This document shows positions 26,801 to 39,637 of a DNA stretch of 64,000 bases, one piece after another; position 1 is the stretch's first letter, and the number at the start of each line of letters is the position of its first letter. The notes under the pieces are model-generated. The model had not been told where the DNA came from. It did no database searches and worked only from the letters and a program-made list of their open reading frames with translations. This DNA comes from Felis catus (Eukaryota), in contig NC_058368.1 of NCBI RefSeq assembly GCF_018350175.1, forward strand, positions 146,942,001 through 147,006,000, given 5' to 3'. The position numbers and the translations under genes were made by a program.

Positions 26801-29800
26801 ACAGAAAATCAATAAAGAAACAATGGCTCGGATTGATACACTGGACCAGATGGACTTAACAGATACATTTAGAACTTTCCATTCTAAAGCAGCAGAATAC
26901 ACATTCTTCTTGAGTGTACATGGAACATTCTCCAAGATAGATCACATACTGGGTCACAAAACAGCCCATAATAAATGTAAAAGAAAAGAGATCATACCAT
27001 GCACACTTTCAGATCACAATGCTAGGAAACTTGAAATCAACCACAGGAAAAATTTAGGAAAACCTCCAAATGCATGGAGGTTTAAGAACATCCTACTAAA
27101 GAATCAATGGGTCACGAGCGCCTGGGTGGCTCAGTCGGTTAAGTATCAAACTTCAGCTCAGGTCATGATCTTGTGGTTTGTGAATTCAAGCCCCCCATCA
27201 GGCTCTTGGCTGACAGCTCAGAGCCTGGAGCCTACTTTGGTTCTCTGTCTCCCTCTCCCTCTGCCCTTCCTCTGCTCATGCTCTGTCACTCACTCATGCT
27301 CTCTCTTTCAAAAATAAATAAACTTAAAAAAAAGGTAAGAATAAATGGGTCAACCAGGCAATTAGAGAAGAAATTTAAAAATATATGGAAACAAATGAAA
27401 ATGAAAATACAATAACCCAAACCCTTTGGGATGCAGCCAAGGCAGTCCTGAGAGGAAAATATATTGCAAACCAGGCCTATCTCAACAAACAAGAAATATC
27501 CCGATTACAAAATCTAACAGTACAACTAAAGGAACTAGAAGAAGAACAACAAAGAAACTCCAAATCCAGCAGAAGAAGAGAAATAATAAAGAGGAGAGCA
27601 GAAATAAACAATATAGAATCCAAAAACAAAAAACAAAACAAAAAAAAACCAGTACAACAGATCAGTGAAACAAAAAGTTGGTTGTTTGAAAAATAAACAA
27701 AATTGATAAAACCCTAGCCAGAGTTCTCAAAAGAAAGGACTCAAAAAGATAAAATCATGAATGAAAATGGATTTATCACAACCAATCCCTCAGAAATATA
27801 GGCAATTATCAGGGAATACTGTGAAAAATTATATGCCAACAAACTGGACAACTTGGAAGAAATGGACCAATTCCTCAACACCCACACACTACCAAAACTC
27901 AAACAGGAAGAAATAAAAAATCTGAACAGACCCATAACTCATGAAGAAATTGAATCAGTTATCAAAAATCTCTAAAATAAGAGTCCTGGGCCAGATGGCT
28001 TCTCAGGGGAATTCTACCAGGCATTTAAAGCAGAGTAAATACCTATCCTCAAGCTGTTCCAAAAATAGAAACAGAAGGAAAACTTTTGGACTCATTCTAT
28101 GAAGCCAGAATTACCTTGATTCCCAAACCAGACAGAGATCCCACAAAAAAAGGAGAATCATAGGCCAATATTCCTGATGAACATGGATGCAAAAAATCTC
28201 AACAAGATATTAGCAAATCTAATTCAACAGCATAAAAAAAGAATTATTCATCATGATCAAGTGGGATTTATTCCTGGGCTACAGGGCTGGTTCAATAGTT
28301 GTAAATCAGTCAGTGTGATACATCACATTAATAAAAGAAAGGATAAGAACCATATGATCCTGTCAATCGATGCAGAAAAAGCTTTTGACAAAATTCAGCA
28401 TCCTTTCCTAATAAAAACCCTCAAGAAAGTCAGGATAGAAAGAACATACTTAAACACCATAAAAGCCATATGTGAAAAGCTCACAGCTATATTACCCTCA
28501 ATGGGGAAAACCTGAGAGTTTTCCCTCTGAGATCAAGAACAGGACAAAGATGTCCACTCTCACCACTGTTGTTAATATAGTGTTGGAAGTCCTAGCATCA
28601 GCAATCAGATAACAAAATGAAATAAAACACATCAAAATTGGCAAAGAAGAAGTCAAACTTTCACTTTTTGCAGACGAGATGACACTCTACATGTAAAACC
28701 TGATAGACTCCACCAAAAGACTGCTAGAAGTGATACAGGAATTCAGCAAAGTCGCAGGGTACAAAATCAATGTACAGAAATCTGGTGCATTTCTATACAC
28801 CAATAATGAAGCAGCAGAAAGAGAAATAAAGAAACTGATTCCGTTTACCATTGCGCCAAGAACCATAAAATACCTAGGAGTAAACCTAACCGAAGATGTA
28901 CACAAGGTCTGTATGCTCAAAACTATAGAAAACTTATGAGGGAAATTGAAGAAGACACAAAGAAATGGAAAAACATTCCATGCTCATGGATTAGAAGATT
29001 AAATATTGTTAAAATGTCAATACTACCCAAAGCAATCTACACATTCAATGCAATCCCAATCAAAATTGCACCAAAATTCTTCCCGAAGCTAGAACAAACA
29101 ATCCTAAAATTTGTATGGAACGACAAAAGACCCCGAATATCCAAAGTGATATTGAAGAAGATGACCAAAGCGGGAGGCATCACAATCCTAAATTTTAGCC
29201 TCTACTACAAAGTTGTAATCATCAAGACACTATGGTATTTGCACAAAAACAGACGCATAGACCAATGGAATAGATTAGAGACTCCAGAATTGGATCCACA
29301 AAAGTATGGCTAACTAATCTTTGACAAAGCAGGAAAGAGTGTCCAATGGAAAAAAGACAGTCTCTTTAACAAATTGTGCTGGAAGAACTAGACAGCAACA
29401 TGCAGAAGGATGAAACTAGACCACTTTCTTACACCATACATAAAAATAAACTCAAAATGGAAGAAAGACCTAAATATGAGACAGAAAACCACCAAAATCC
29501 TAGAGGAGAAAGCAGGCAACAACCTCTGTGGCCTCAGCTGCAGCAGTTTCTTGCTTGACACATCTCCAAAGGCAAGGGAAATAAAAGCAAATATGAACTA
29601 AGGGGGCCTCATCAAGATAAAAAGCTTCTGCACTGCAAAGCAAACAATCAACAAAACCTCATACTGATCAGAGTGGCTAAAATGAAAAACTCAGGAAACT
29701 ACAAATGCTGGCCAGAATGTGGATAAATGGGAACCCTCTTGCACTATTGGTGGGAATGTAAACCGGTGCAGACACTCTGGAAAACAGTGTGGAGGTTCCT

Positions 29801-30428
29801 CAAAAAATTAAAAACAAAACTACCTTATGACCTAGCAATAGCATTATTGGGAATTTATCCAAGTGATACAGGAGTGGTGATGCATAGAGGCATATGTACC
29901 CCCAGTGTTTAAGCACTTTCAACAATAGCTAAATTATGGAAAGAGCCTAAATGCCCATCAACTGATGGAAAAAAAAGATATGGTTTATAAATACAATGTA
30001 ATAATACTACTTGGCAATGAGAAAGAATGAAATCATGCCACTTGCAGCAACATGGATGGAAGTGGAAGGTATTACGCTGAGTGCAATAAGTCAGTCAGAG
30101 AAAGACAGATATCATGAGTTTCCACTCCTATGTGGATCTTGAGAAACTTATGAGAGGACCATGGGGGAAGGGAAGGGGAAAAAATTAGTTACAGAGAGGG
30201 AGGGAGGCAAACCACAAGAGACTCTTAAATACAGAGAACAAACTGAGGGTGGATGGGGAAACTGTGGGAGAAGGTAAAATGGGTGATGGGCACTGAGGAG
30301 TACACTTATTGGGATGACCACTAGGTGTTGAATGTAAGCGATGAACCACGGGAATCTACCCCAAAAACCAAGAGCACACTTTACACACTGTATGTTAGCC
30401 AATTTGACAATAAGTTATATTAAAAAAA
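23868..30428 (+). mobile_element. Full-length LINE-1 (5'UTR-ORF1-ORF2-3'UTR-polyA), disabled
   Basis: GAGGGGCCAACATGG start; ORF1 remnant ~25340-26257; ORF2 ~26327-30140 with EN (VIAGDFNTPL, FSKIDHILGHK, SDHNA), RT ([40 protein letters not shown]) and downstream pieces; A tail; degenerate TSD AAAGATAA(A)TTGT(A/G)TA at 23846-23861 / 30429-30443. Confidence 0.97.
27115..27333 (+). mobile_element. CAN-SINE inserted in L1 ORF2
   Basis: GCGCCTGGGTGGCTCAGTCGG head; TSD AAGAAT(C/A)AATGGGTCA on both sides. Confidence 0.95.
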
Positions 30429-31239
30429 AAAGATAATTGTGTAATGCTATTTTTAAAAGTACTCACTCTTTTGTATTCTTTTAGATCCTATCTTTCAATC
30501 TTAAAAGTCAATTTTTATTTCAAATCTATTACTGACAGACTTGTGCTAAGAATACAAGTGATGTGTATATGCACTGTATAAAATGCACAAAATATAAACA
30601 CACCACTAGAAAACATAGATGCATATGGTGTAATTTAAGACTTCTTTGATGGCAGGGGAGGTTAACAGTTTAGTGATGCTTAGACAGGTTACTCCAAGAA
30701 ATAGACGTCAGAGGTCTTTAATAATTCATTGTTAAAATGGCCCCAGAGACTGGTGATTAGGAAACTTGTAAAGAAATCAGGTTCATTTTCTATTATGTTT
30801 TGTTATCATTATAATTTTTGTTTAATCGATGAAGGAGGGAGGTAAAGGCTTCTTTTAGTGATCTCATAGTATAGGACCAAATGTAAAACAAGTCGCTAAA
30901 AATAAAGTGTAAGTGTGAGATGGGAAATTGCAAAATTTAAATGACTATCATTTCGAAGGAAAAAGCAGGAAATACAGAAATGAGCTTCTGTTTGGTTTGG
31001 GAATTTGCAGATGTGAGCTTTCTATGCACCCTTGCAGGTCACTCTTTTTGATATGCTCTCCTTGCTACTGACCCTTTGGTGGCAGCAACAGCTCCACCTG
31101 CTTCTCCACCTGCTCTGAGAAGCAGGCTCTCCATCCAGGGTCTGTCTGCCCATCTTCAGGGTCATATATGAAGGCTGACTCTCATCAGTACTGAGGTTAG
31201 GTCCGTGGTCTCAGAACTGGTTTAGCATGTCAAGAAAGA

Positions 31240-31352
31240 TTACATATGTATCTTGTGTATGTATTATGTATTATATTTGTATGTATATGTATGTATACAT
31301 AATGTATGTATTATATACATATGTGCATATGTATGTGTGTGTATATGTATAT
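31240..31352. repeat. Imperfect (TA/TG)n microsatellite
   Basis: Direct inspection: TATGTA/TGTG/TATA mosaic. Confidence 0.85.
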
Positions 31353-31549
31353 GACAGCTTTAGTTTTGATTATCTGGTTTGTTCTATAGTTACTGTCTTT
31401 AGTGTTACCGAATTACACTTGAGCAGTTGTGTAATGGACTTTGTTTCATATTAAAAACCAGAGAGTAGCAATTATGAACCTTACATGTATATTTTATTTT
31501 CTCATAATTTTATCATCACTTAGAGACAAGAAAGATATTCTGAGGAAAC

Positions 31550-31720
31550 TGGCCATCCACTTCTTTAGTAGCTGTGGTACCGTGTACAAATTACTCCCTC
31601 TGGGTCTTAGTTTCCTCACTTGTAAAATGAGGTTAAGGTGGTAGTGAAGATTAACTTACATAAATGTAAAACACTTAGAACTATGCTTGGCTTATAGTAT
31701 GTGCTTAATGAGCATTAGTC
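31550..31720 (+). mobile_element. MIR remnant
   Basis: CTCTGGGTCTTAGTTTCCTCACTTGTAAAATGAGG ... GTAAAACACTTAGAACTATGCTTGGC. Confidence 0.75.
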
Positions 31721-31982
31721 ATTTTACTGTTGGGGTGGTTGTGGTTTTCTGTACAATGAGCTTGCTCTAAAGTTCAATGTTACAGGTAATGACTCTGAGA
31801 TCAACACTGCAAATAAACAATTTGGGGGAGGGGGGGACTATAATAAGGCCTTTGCTACTCCTACCACATCTAATTCTCTAATTTTATCTCTGGTTATTAC
31901 GGTCACATTTTGTTGAGCACATCTAGGATTTAGGCAACATTTCATTATTCAGTGGAAGAAATTCAGATATTTCCTATAGATA

Positions 31983-32161
31983 AGTGGTTCTCAAATTCCA
32001 GTATTCATCATGATTACCTGGAATACTTGCTCAAACACTGATCATTGAGCCCTATCCCCAAAGTTTCTGATTTATTCATCTACGGTAATGCCCAGCACTT
32101 TGCTTTCCTAGCAATTTCCCTTCATAAGAAGATGCTATACATGGGCTACACTTGAGAATCC
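31983..32161. mobile_element. MER5A-like hAT-Charlie MITE
   Basis: AGTGGTTCTCAAA at the left, CACTTGAGAATC at the right (imperfect TIR); internal CCCCAAAGTTTCTGATTTA; ~180 bp. Confidence 0.7.
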
Positions 32162-34531
32162 AAACGAAACGGTGCATTTGTTTAGGTGCCTTATCATTGC
32201 ATTTGCATTTCCCAATGCTCTGCGTGTTTGTCTTTACTTGTTTATATCTAGAGCTCTTGGTTTGAGATTTCAGATTGGAAACCAGTGAAGTCTAGGTCCT
32301 ACGAAGCACTAGAAGCAAATCAATGACAGAAGATCACAGAAGACAATAGAAAATTTGACAAAAAGGGCATTGTTTACATGTTCAATGTGGCATTTTAAAT
32401 ACTATATTAAATTTACTTTCCATTTCATAGCTGCTTGGAAAGTCTTACACGATTTTCTTTCACACCCATTTTTATAGGTTACATGGCCACCATTTTGTGG
32501 GTCACATGGCCCTGTGGAACAGTACAAATATTAGTAGTAAGAATGATTAACTCTCAGTATTGCCTTCTAAAAAAGATAAGTGTTTTGTTTCATTAATCTC
32601 CTTTCTCTTACTTTCCTAGAATTTGACAACCACACATTGCCTAACAAATCGTATCAGAAGTAAAACGTGATGTAGCATGTATTAAACCCAACAGGTGGAT
32701 GGCAATTCTATTTTTAATAGCCATTTTGTAAGCTGCTTTGGCATGTAAGACAAATGGCAACATCTAAGTTCTAATAGTACCTTTCTTAGAAAAAAAATTA
32801 GCCATGGATGAGTACTTCTCAGGCAGAATATTGCAATCTCAAGATGAGTCACAATGTTATTTTTTGAAAATTAAAAAAGCCCTCCAATTGTAGAAATTCA
32901 ATGAACTCTGAGCCACTTGAAATGAGGAATTGATGGGTGACAGAAGGATCCATTCAGCTAATCATGGGCAATATCTAGAGACTGTCTCTTCTTACAAGTC
33001 ATTTGCTGTTTGGCAATCTTTTGAGAAGCGGCTATTAATACAAACTACAAACAAAGCCCTTTCAAGTCCAAGGATGAATTTCCTCATTTAACATTACAGA
33101 CCTTCCCAATAAGCGTATGCACAGTTTCCATCACACCTGTAACTAAATTTGACCTTGCGTTGGATATACTTCACCTTGTTAGGTATATGCATTTTAAAAA
33201 CACTCATTTTAATTTGAAACATTTAATTTATTATATTTAACCCAACTTTAATACATAGTGACTCAGGAGCTACTTTCCCAAATACCTCAATCAGGAGGCC
33301 ATTTGTAAGACATCCAAAGACAAGTGACCACAGGCATGAGGCTTGGGACCGGGGTTTGAAACAGCAGCCAAAGAAAACTGTATTTTGTTAAATGGGCATG
33401 TTATTTAGAAACAAAGTTGTCCTTTTGAGAAGTGTACATTTGGAATGTTTCCAACTTTGGGGTGACATTAAGCAAAATAAGAGTTAAAATGGAGTCCTTC
33501 AGCCTTGTTCTCTAATGATTTTGGAAGTCAGGCATCAGGCTGTCTACCAGAGGTGCCATTTTAGGACTGGGGCAGAGAGGCAGCTGAAAGGAAAAAGCAC
33601 TTTGCTCAGACAGGATGTGCCTATGTGCTTGCTCTCCACAGCTGCGTCCTCAAAGAGAATAAATGAGGGCATATTCACTCATTAATCAACCAAAAGGCAT
33701 CATACACTCAGAAAAAGCTCCAATCAAGTCCCTCAGATGTTGTGGTCCTTAAGCGCTATCACTAATTGCCTGGAATTGTGCCTGCAGTTCTCAGAGTTGG
33801 CCCTAGGCCTCTCTCACTGTGAGTCAAGTCAGAATAGCAAGAGACAGCTCCCAAATCCTGTATACAGCTAGAGCTTTAGATCTTGACACACTCAGCTATC
33901 TTTTATTGAATTTTCCAGAAACAAAGTGGCAAGCAGATTTTAAGTGACTGAAGAAACAGGACTGGGAATGACATGGTAGAATAACCTATCTCTTCCAGAA
34001 GAGTCTTAATTATTTCGTTTGGTTTATCTCTTTTGTTGTTGTTTGTTTTCACATTGTAGGTAGCTTTCATTTCTAGAGGAGACACCCTGAGGACTCCACA
34101 TGTAACGAAACAATGTGAGTGTGCTTTCAGCTGAGCTCTCTAGGAGTCTGTGAGAAGGGCTATTTCCAGCTTGGAGTAGAGCTGTGCTGTGAGATCTCAA
34201 CAGCCGTTCTTCACAGCAAGACTTTATTATTTAAAGACAAACTCAGAGATGCTTTGATTTGTTATGCTGGAAGGGGTCCTACGTTCAGTCTCTGATCTCA
34301 CTGTTTTCCCTAAGAGGCTACAGAGAGGCAGCAACGTGCACAGGTTACTCAGCGGCTGATCCAGGACTGGTTCCCAAGAGTTTGAGTTTTCAGCTGCACT
34401 GCTTCAGTTTGAAGTGAATTTCCAGATCATATTCAAATGCAAGGACCAAAACACATTCAGAAGTGAAAGATAAAGCATTTTCCCCTCAGAATATATACTT
34501 GCTTTATCTTTATTAGGAATAGAGGAGTCTT

Positions 34532-34753
34532 TTTAAAAATTTTTTTTTTTCAACGTTTATTTATGTTTGCGACAGAGAGAGACAGAGCATGAACGGGGGA
34601 GGGGCAGAGAGAGAGGGAGACACAGAATCCGAAACAGGCTCCAGGCTCTGAGCCATCCGCCCAGAGCCTGACGCGGGGCTCGAACTCCCGGACCGCGAGA
34701 TTGTGACCTGGCTGAAGTCCGACGCTCAACCGACTGCGCCACCCAGGCGCCCC
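34532..34753 (-). mobile_element. Young felid CAN-SINE
   Basis: CpG-rich; perfect 16-bp TSD GGAATAGAGGAGTCTT (34516-34531 / 34756-34771). Confidence 0.97.
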
Positions 34754-35551
34754 ATGGAATAGAGGAGTCTTAATTATTTGCAATGCATATTTTTGAAAGG
34801 GGAAGAGAGAGTAATTAAGGCAAATGCATATCTATCCTATAATTATAATGGAGAAATAGAACTACTTCAGAAAGAATTTTAAAATAAATTTAGAATACAT
34901 TAGTTATATGCTGAATTTCGTGTCTTGGTTTAGCCAGTTGTGGGAAGGTGAGTTTGGGGACTGAGAAGAGACAAAACTTTATTATTGGAAGCCTCCTACC
35001 TTTTTGCATGTATATGCTTCCCTTCAGACCCTTAAACCAGACAAGAGTGTTGTTATATCCTCCCAGTCACATAGACAAGTATGGGAGGTAGCATGGAGTC
35101 TCCATCCTTTGGACAAACATAGCAAGCCTTCACTGAGGCACAGGAGTTTTGCTGAGACTTACCAAGATTTTTTGGAGCATAAAGCAAGACCCCCAAATTA
35201 AATTCCAAGATGGTAACCAACATAGAGATGTTAACAAACTTTAAATAGAGGCACTGTGTATGTAACGGGAGAGATTCTGCCTCTGTAGATTCTAATGCAG
35301 CAGGCAGGTGTTCCTGAATCGCTTTTTGACACCATGGAGCAGAGTTTGAATGTTCATAAAGGTGGTTTATTTTGGAAGTTTCTATAACTTTTACCTTCTT
35401 GGAAATCATATTTTTTCTTCAAGATTATAATCGTTATCATTTGAGAAATTACTGTATAATAAGCCCAGGTTTACTAGCTACTCAAAAGAAAGAGAGCCCC
35501 AAAGCTATTTTCATCAATAAAGAGGTAGAAGGGCTGATCAATAGATCAATG

Positions 35552-36042
35552 CAGATCATTCTCAACTTATGATGGGGTCATGTCCTGATAAACCCATACA
35601 AGTTGAAAATATTCTAAGTTCAAAATGCTTTAATATACCCCACCTACTGAACATCATAGGTTAGCCTATCTTAAATGTGTTCAGAACACTCACATTAGCC
35701 TACAGTTGGGCAAAGTCATCTAACACAAAGCCTATTTTATATTAAAGCATTCAAGATTTCACGTGACTTATTGAATACTGTACAGAACATGAAAAACAGA
35801 ACAGTTGTACAAGTAGAAATGGTTGTAAGCCTATCGGTTCTTTACCCTTGTAATTGCCTGGCTGATTGGGAGCTGCAACTCTTTGCCCCTGCCCAGCATC
35901 ATGAGAGAGTATCGTACTCCATTATCACTGATCCAGGAAAAGATAAAAATTCAAAGTATGATTTCTACTGAATACTTATTGCTTTCACACCATCATAAAG
36001 TCAAAAAATCATGTCAGACTATTGCAGGTCAGGAACCATCTG
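35552..36042. mobile_element. Tigger3 (Golem/MER7)-like non-autonomous DNA transposon
   Basis: CAGATCATTCTCAACTTATGATGGGGTCATGTCCTGATAAACCCAT start and GCAGGTCAGGAACCATCTG end form degenerate TIRs resembling Tigger3 termini as I recall them. Confidence 0.75.
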
Positions 36043-36678
36043 CAGTGGGATGAAGAGGCAAATAGTTGTCATTGGTAATTTAGTACCATGCCATTCCACC
36101 TCTTCTTTGGACCTCCCTAGCCTCTGCTGTCAGTCATATTTGCTTTGCAGAGATAGACTTTCGAGATTTTAGGATGGCATTGCTGGTGGTAAAGTTTGGA
36201 GTCAAGAAAAAAGAATGTTAGGCAGTTTTGACAGGGACTATGCAAGTTCAGTAGCCAGGAATACACTATTAGGAAGGGGGGTAAGTGCACAGGGTGGGCC
36301 AGGGCTGACTCTCAGAAAGTACCGGTCAACTCAGCAAGCAGGTCTTGTTCCAGACTCTGGGATTCTCATTTTTTATGTATCTCCATAATTAAAACTTTAC
36401 TAGTAATAACTCATTAATACCATTTGCCTACAATTTTAAACAATGTGATAAAATATTCCTCCTCTCCAAAGAGGCCCATCCCCACTTTGACAAAATTGGA
36501 TCATTGTATAAATATTTTTGAATGTAATGTTAATCCTGAACATTTTATCTCTCATCAGTATCCTTTTGTATTATAAATTTTATATATGCCTATCATGTCA
36601 GTTTGTTTACACAACCCCTCATTTTTGTCTAATTTAAATCAACTATAATTTTTCTTTTATATTTAATTACCTGTATTT

Positions 36679-36887
36679 AAAATTTTTTTAAATGTTTATT
36701 CATTTTTTGAGAGAGAGAGCATGAGAGTGGGGAGGGGCAGGTAGAGAGGGAGACTAAGAATTCCAAGCAGGCTCCAGGCTCCAAGCTGTCAGCACAGAGA
36801 CCCACGTGGGGCTTGAACCCACTAACCGCGAGTTCATGACCTGAGCACAAGTCTGAAGCTCAACCAACTGAGCCACCCAGGTACCTC
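36679..36887 (-). mobile_element. CAN-SINE (first of tandem pair)
   Basis: Reverse SINEC flanked by TAATTACCTG duplications. Confidence 0.92.
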
Positions 36888-36902
36888 TAATTACCTGCGT
36901 TT

Positions 36903-37096
36903 TATTTTTTTTCTAAAATTTTTTCACATTTATTTATTATTGAGATAGAGAGACAGATCATGAGCAAGGGAGGGGCAGAGAGAGGGGAGACACAGATTCC
37001 AAAGCAGGCTTGATGCAGGGCTCGAAGTCACCAACTGCAAGATCATGACTTGAGCTGAAGTTGGTCGCTCAACCAACTGAGCCACCCAGGCGCCCC
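36903..37096 (-). mobile_element. CAN-SINE (second of tandem pair, internally deleted)
   Basis: Reverse SINEC ending CCAGGCGCCCC, followed by TAATTACCGGTATTT. Confidence 0.92.
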
Positions 37097-37280
37097 TAAT
37101 TACCGGTATTTTAAAAGTGGAACTATTTGAGTCCAATTGTATGGAAAAAAAAATTAAGGCTTATTCTAATAGAGAAAACTTCACTATAGACAGTTACTAC
37201 TATTGACAATCCCATCAATCATGTAAGAGAGCAAACATTTCCCATTAGCTGTGCCAATACTGGGATCTATCTTAAAACAA

Positions 37281-39155
37281 CACATTTTTTTGTACCGTTT
37301 GGATAAATACCTAGTAGTGCAATTTCTGGGTCATAGGGTAGTTCTGATTTTAATTTGAAGACTCTCCATACTGTTTTCCAGACTGGCTGCATCAGTTTGC
37401 ATTCCCACCAGCAATGCAAAAGAGATCCTCCTTCTCCACATCCTCGCCAACATGTGTTGTTGCCTGAGTTGTTAATGTTAGCCACTCTGACAGGTGTAAG
37501 GTGGTATCTCCTTGAGGTTTTGATTTGTATTTCCTTGGTGATGAGTGATATTGATCATCTTTTCGTGTGTCTGTTAGCCATCTGGATGTCTTCTTTGGAG
37601 AAGTGTCTATTCATGTCTTTTGCCCATTTCTTCACTGGATTTTTTTTTATTATTTTAGATGTTGAGTTCGCTAAGTACTTCATAGATTTTGGATACTGAC
37701 CCTTTATTTGATAGGTCATTTGCAAATATCTTCTCCCATTCCATCAGTCACCTTTTATTTTTGCTGATTGTTTCCTTCTCTGTGCAGAAGGTTTTTATCT
37801 TAATGAGGTTCCAAAAGTTCATTTTTGCTTTTGTTTCCCTTGCCTTCAGTGACATGTCTCGTAAGAAGTTGTTGCGGCCGAGGTCAAAGAGGTTGTTGTC
37901 TGTTTTCTCCTCTAGGATTTTGACAGTTCTCCTACCTCACATTTAGGTCTTTCATCCATTTTGAGTATATTTTTGTGTATGGTGTAAGAAAGTGGTCCAG
38001 GTTCATTCTTCTGCATGTCACTGTCCAGTTTTCCCAACACCGTTTACTGAAGAGACTGTCTTTTTCAATTGGATATTCTTTCCTGCTTTGTGAAAGATTA
38101 ATGGACATTTGGGGTTCCATTTCTGGGTTCTCTGTTCTGTTCCTTTGATCTCTGTGTCTGTTTTTTTGCCAGTACCATACTGTCTTGATGATCACAGCTT
38201 TGTAAAAGAGCTTAAAGTCTGGAATTGTGAGAACTTCAGCTCTGGTTTTCTTTTTCAACATTACTTTGGCTATTTGGGGTCTTTTCTGGTTCCATACAAA
38301 TTTTAGAATTATTTGTTCTGGCTGTGAAGAATGCAGGTATTATTTTCATACGCGTTGCACTGAATATGTAGATCGCTTTGTGTAGTATTAACATTTTAAC
38401 AGTATTTGTTCTTCCAATCCATGAGCATGGGATATATTTCCATTTTTTGGGTGTCTTTTTCAATTTCTTTCATAAGGTTTCTATAGTTTTCACTGTATAG
38501 AGTTTTTATTTCTTTGGTTAGGTATTTATCCAAAGGATACAAAAATGCTGACTCAAAGGGGCACCTGCACCTCAATGTTTATAGGAGGACTATTGACAAT
38601 AGCCAAAATATGGAAAGAGTCCAAATGTCTATCAACTGATGAATGGATCAAAAAGATGTGGTATATTTATATGTATGTGTGTGTATATATACATACATAT
38701 AGACTGGTTGTTGTATTTAATTTTTGTTGTTGTAATTTATATTACTTTGATTAGTTATGGGCTGATCACATTTAGCTTTAGTTTTTTCCAAAATCAAGAA
38801 GGGATCATATTCTCTCACATTTTCTTTTATTATAATATATATATGTATATGTATGTATGTATGTATGTGTGTATATATATATGTATATATGTGTATATAT
38901 GTATATACATATATATATATATAACGGAATATTACTTGGTTATCACAAAAAGAACAAACTGAGGGTTGCTGGTGGGGTATTGGGTTGGGGGATGGCCTAA
39001 ATGGGCAAGAAGCATTAAGGAAAGTGCTTTTGGGGATGAGCACTGGGTGTTACCCGTAAGTCATGAATCACTAAATTCTATTCCTGAAATCATTATTACA
39101 CTATATACTAACTTGGATTTAAATAAAAAAAAAAACCAGAAATATAAATAAAAAA
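37281..39155 (+). mobile_element. 5'-truncated, 5'-inverted LINE-1 (inverted part 37281-38520 on -, sense part 38519-39155 with A tail)
   Basis: Minus-strand ORF2 C-terminal pieces ([38 protein letters not shown]), then a switch to + strand that resumes at the same L1 position (TAGGTATTTATCCAAA) and runs to 3'UTR/polyA. Confidence 0.92.
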
Positions 39156-39430
39156 ACTTAATCAGTTTGATATATACTAGATGTTGTATTTAATTTGTTA
39201 TTGTAATTTACATTACTTTCATTAGTTATGGGGCTGATCACATTTAGCTTTAATATTTTCCAAAATCAACAGGGGATCATATTCCCTCACATTTGTTCTA
39301 GCATTTTTCTTCTATTTACTGTTATACTTCATTAGAATACATTTTGAAACATAAAATAGTCCATCAGTTAATATGCTCTATTGAATAGTCATTCCATGCT
39401 CTCCTTTCTGATATGCAATTACTTTCTCTC

Positions 39431-39637
39431 TTTTCTAAGTGTTTACTTATTTAGAGATAGAGAGCATGCATGCGAGTGGGGGAGACACAGAAAGAGAAGG
39501 AGACAGAGAATCCCAAGCAAGCTCCGTGCTGTTAGCACAGAGCACGACACAGGGTTCTCTCTCTTGAAACATGAGATCATGACCTGAGCTGAAATCAAGA
39601 GTCTGATGCTTAATCGACTAAGCCACCAAGGTGCCCC
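39431..39637 (-). mobile_element. CAN-SINE (older subfamily)
   Basis: AGAATCCCAAGCAAGCTCC...GACCTGAGCTGAAATCAAGAGTC...AGGTGCCCC. Confidence 0.9.

Noticed and set aside
26745..27317. 190-aa ORF fusing the L1 endonuclease to novel sequence
   Set aside because: It is only a partial EN frame reading into an inserted SINE; the N-terminal part of the domain is frameshifted.
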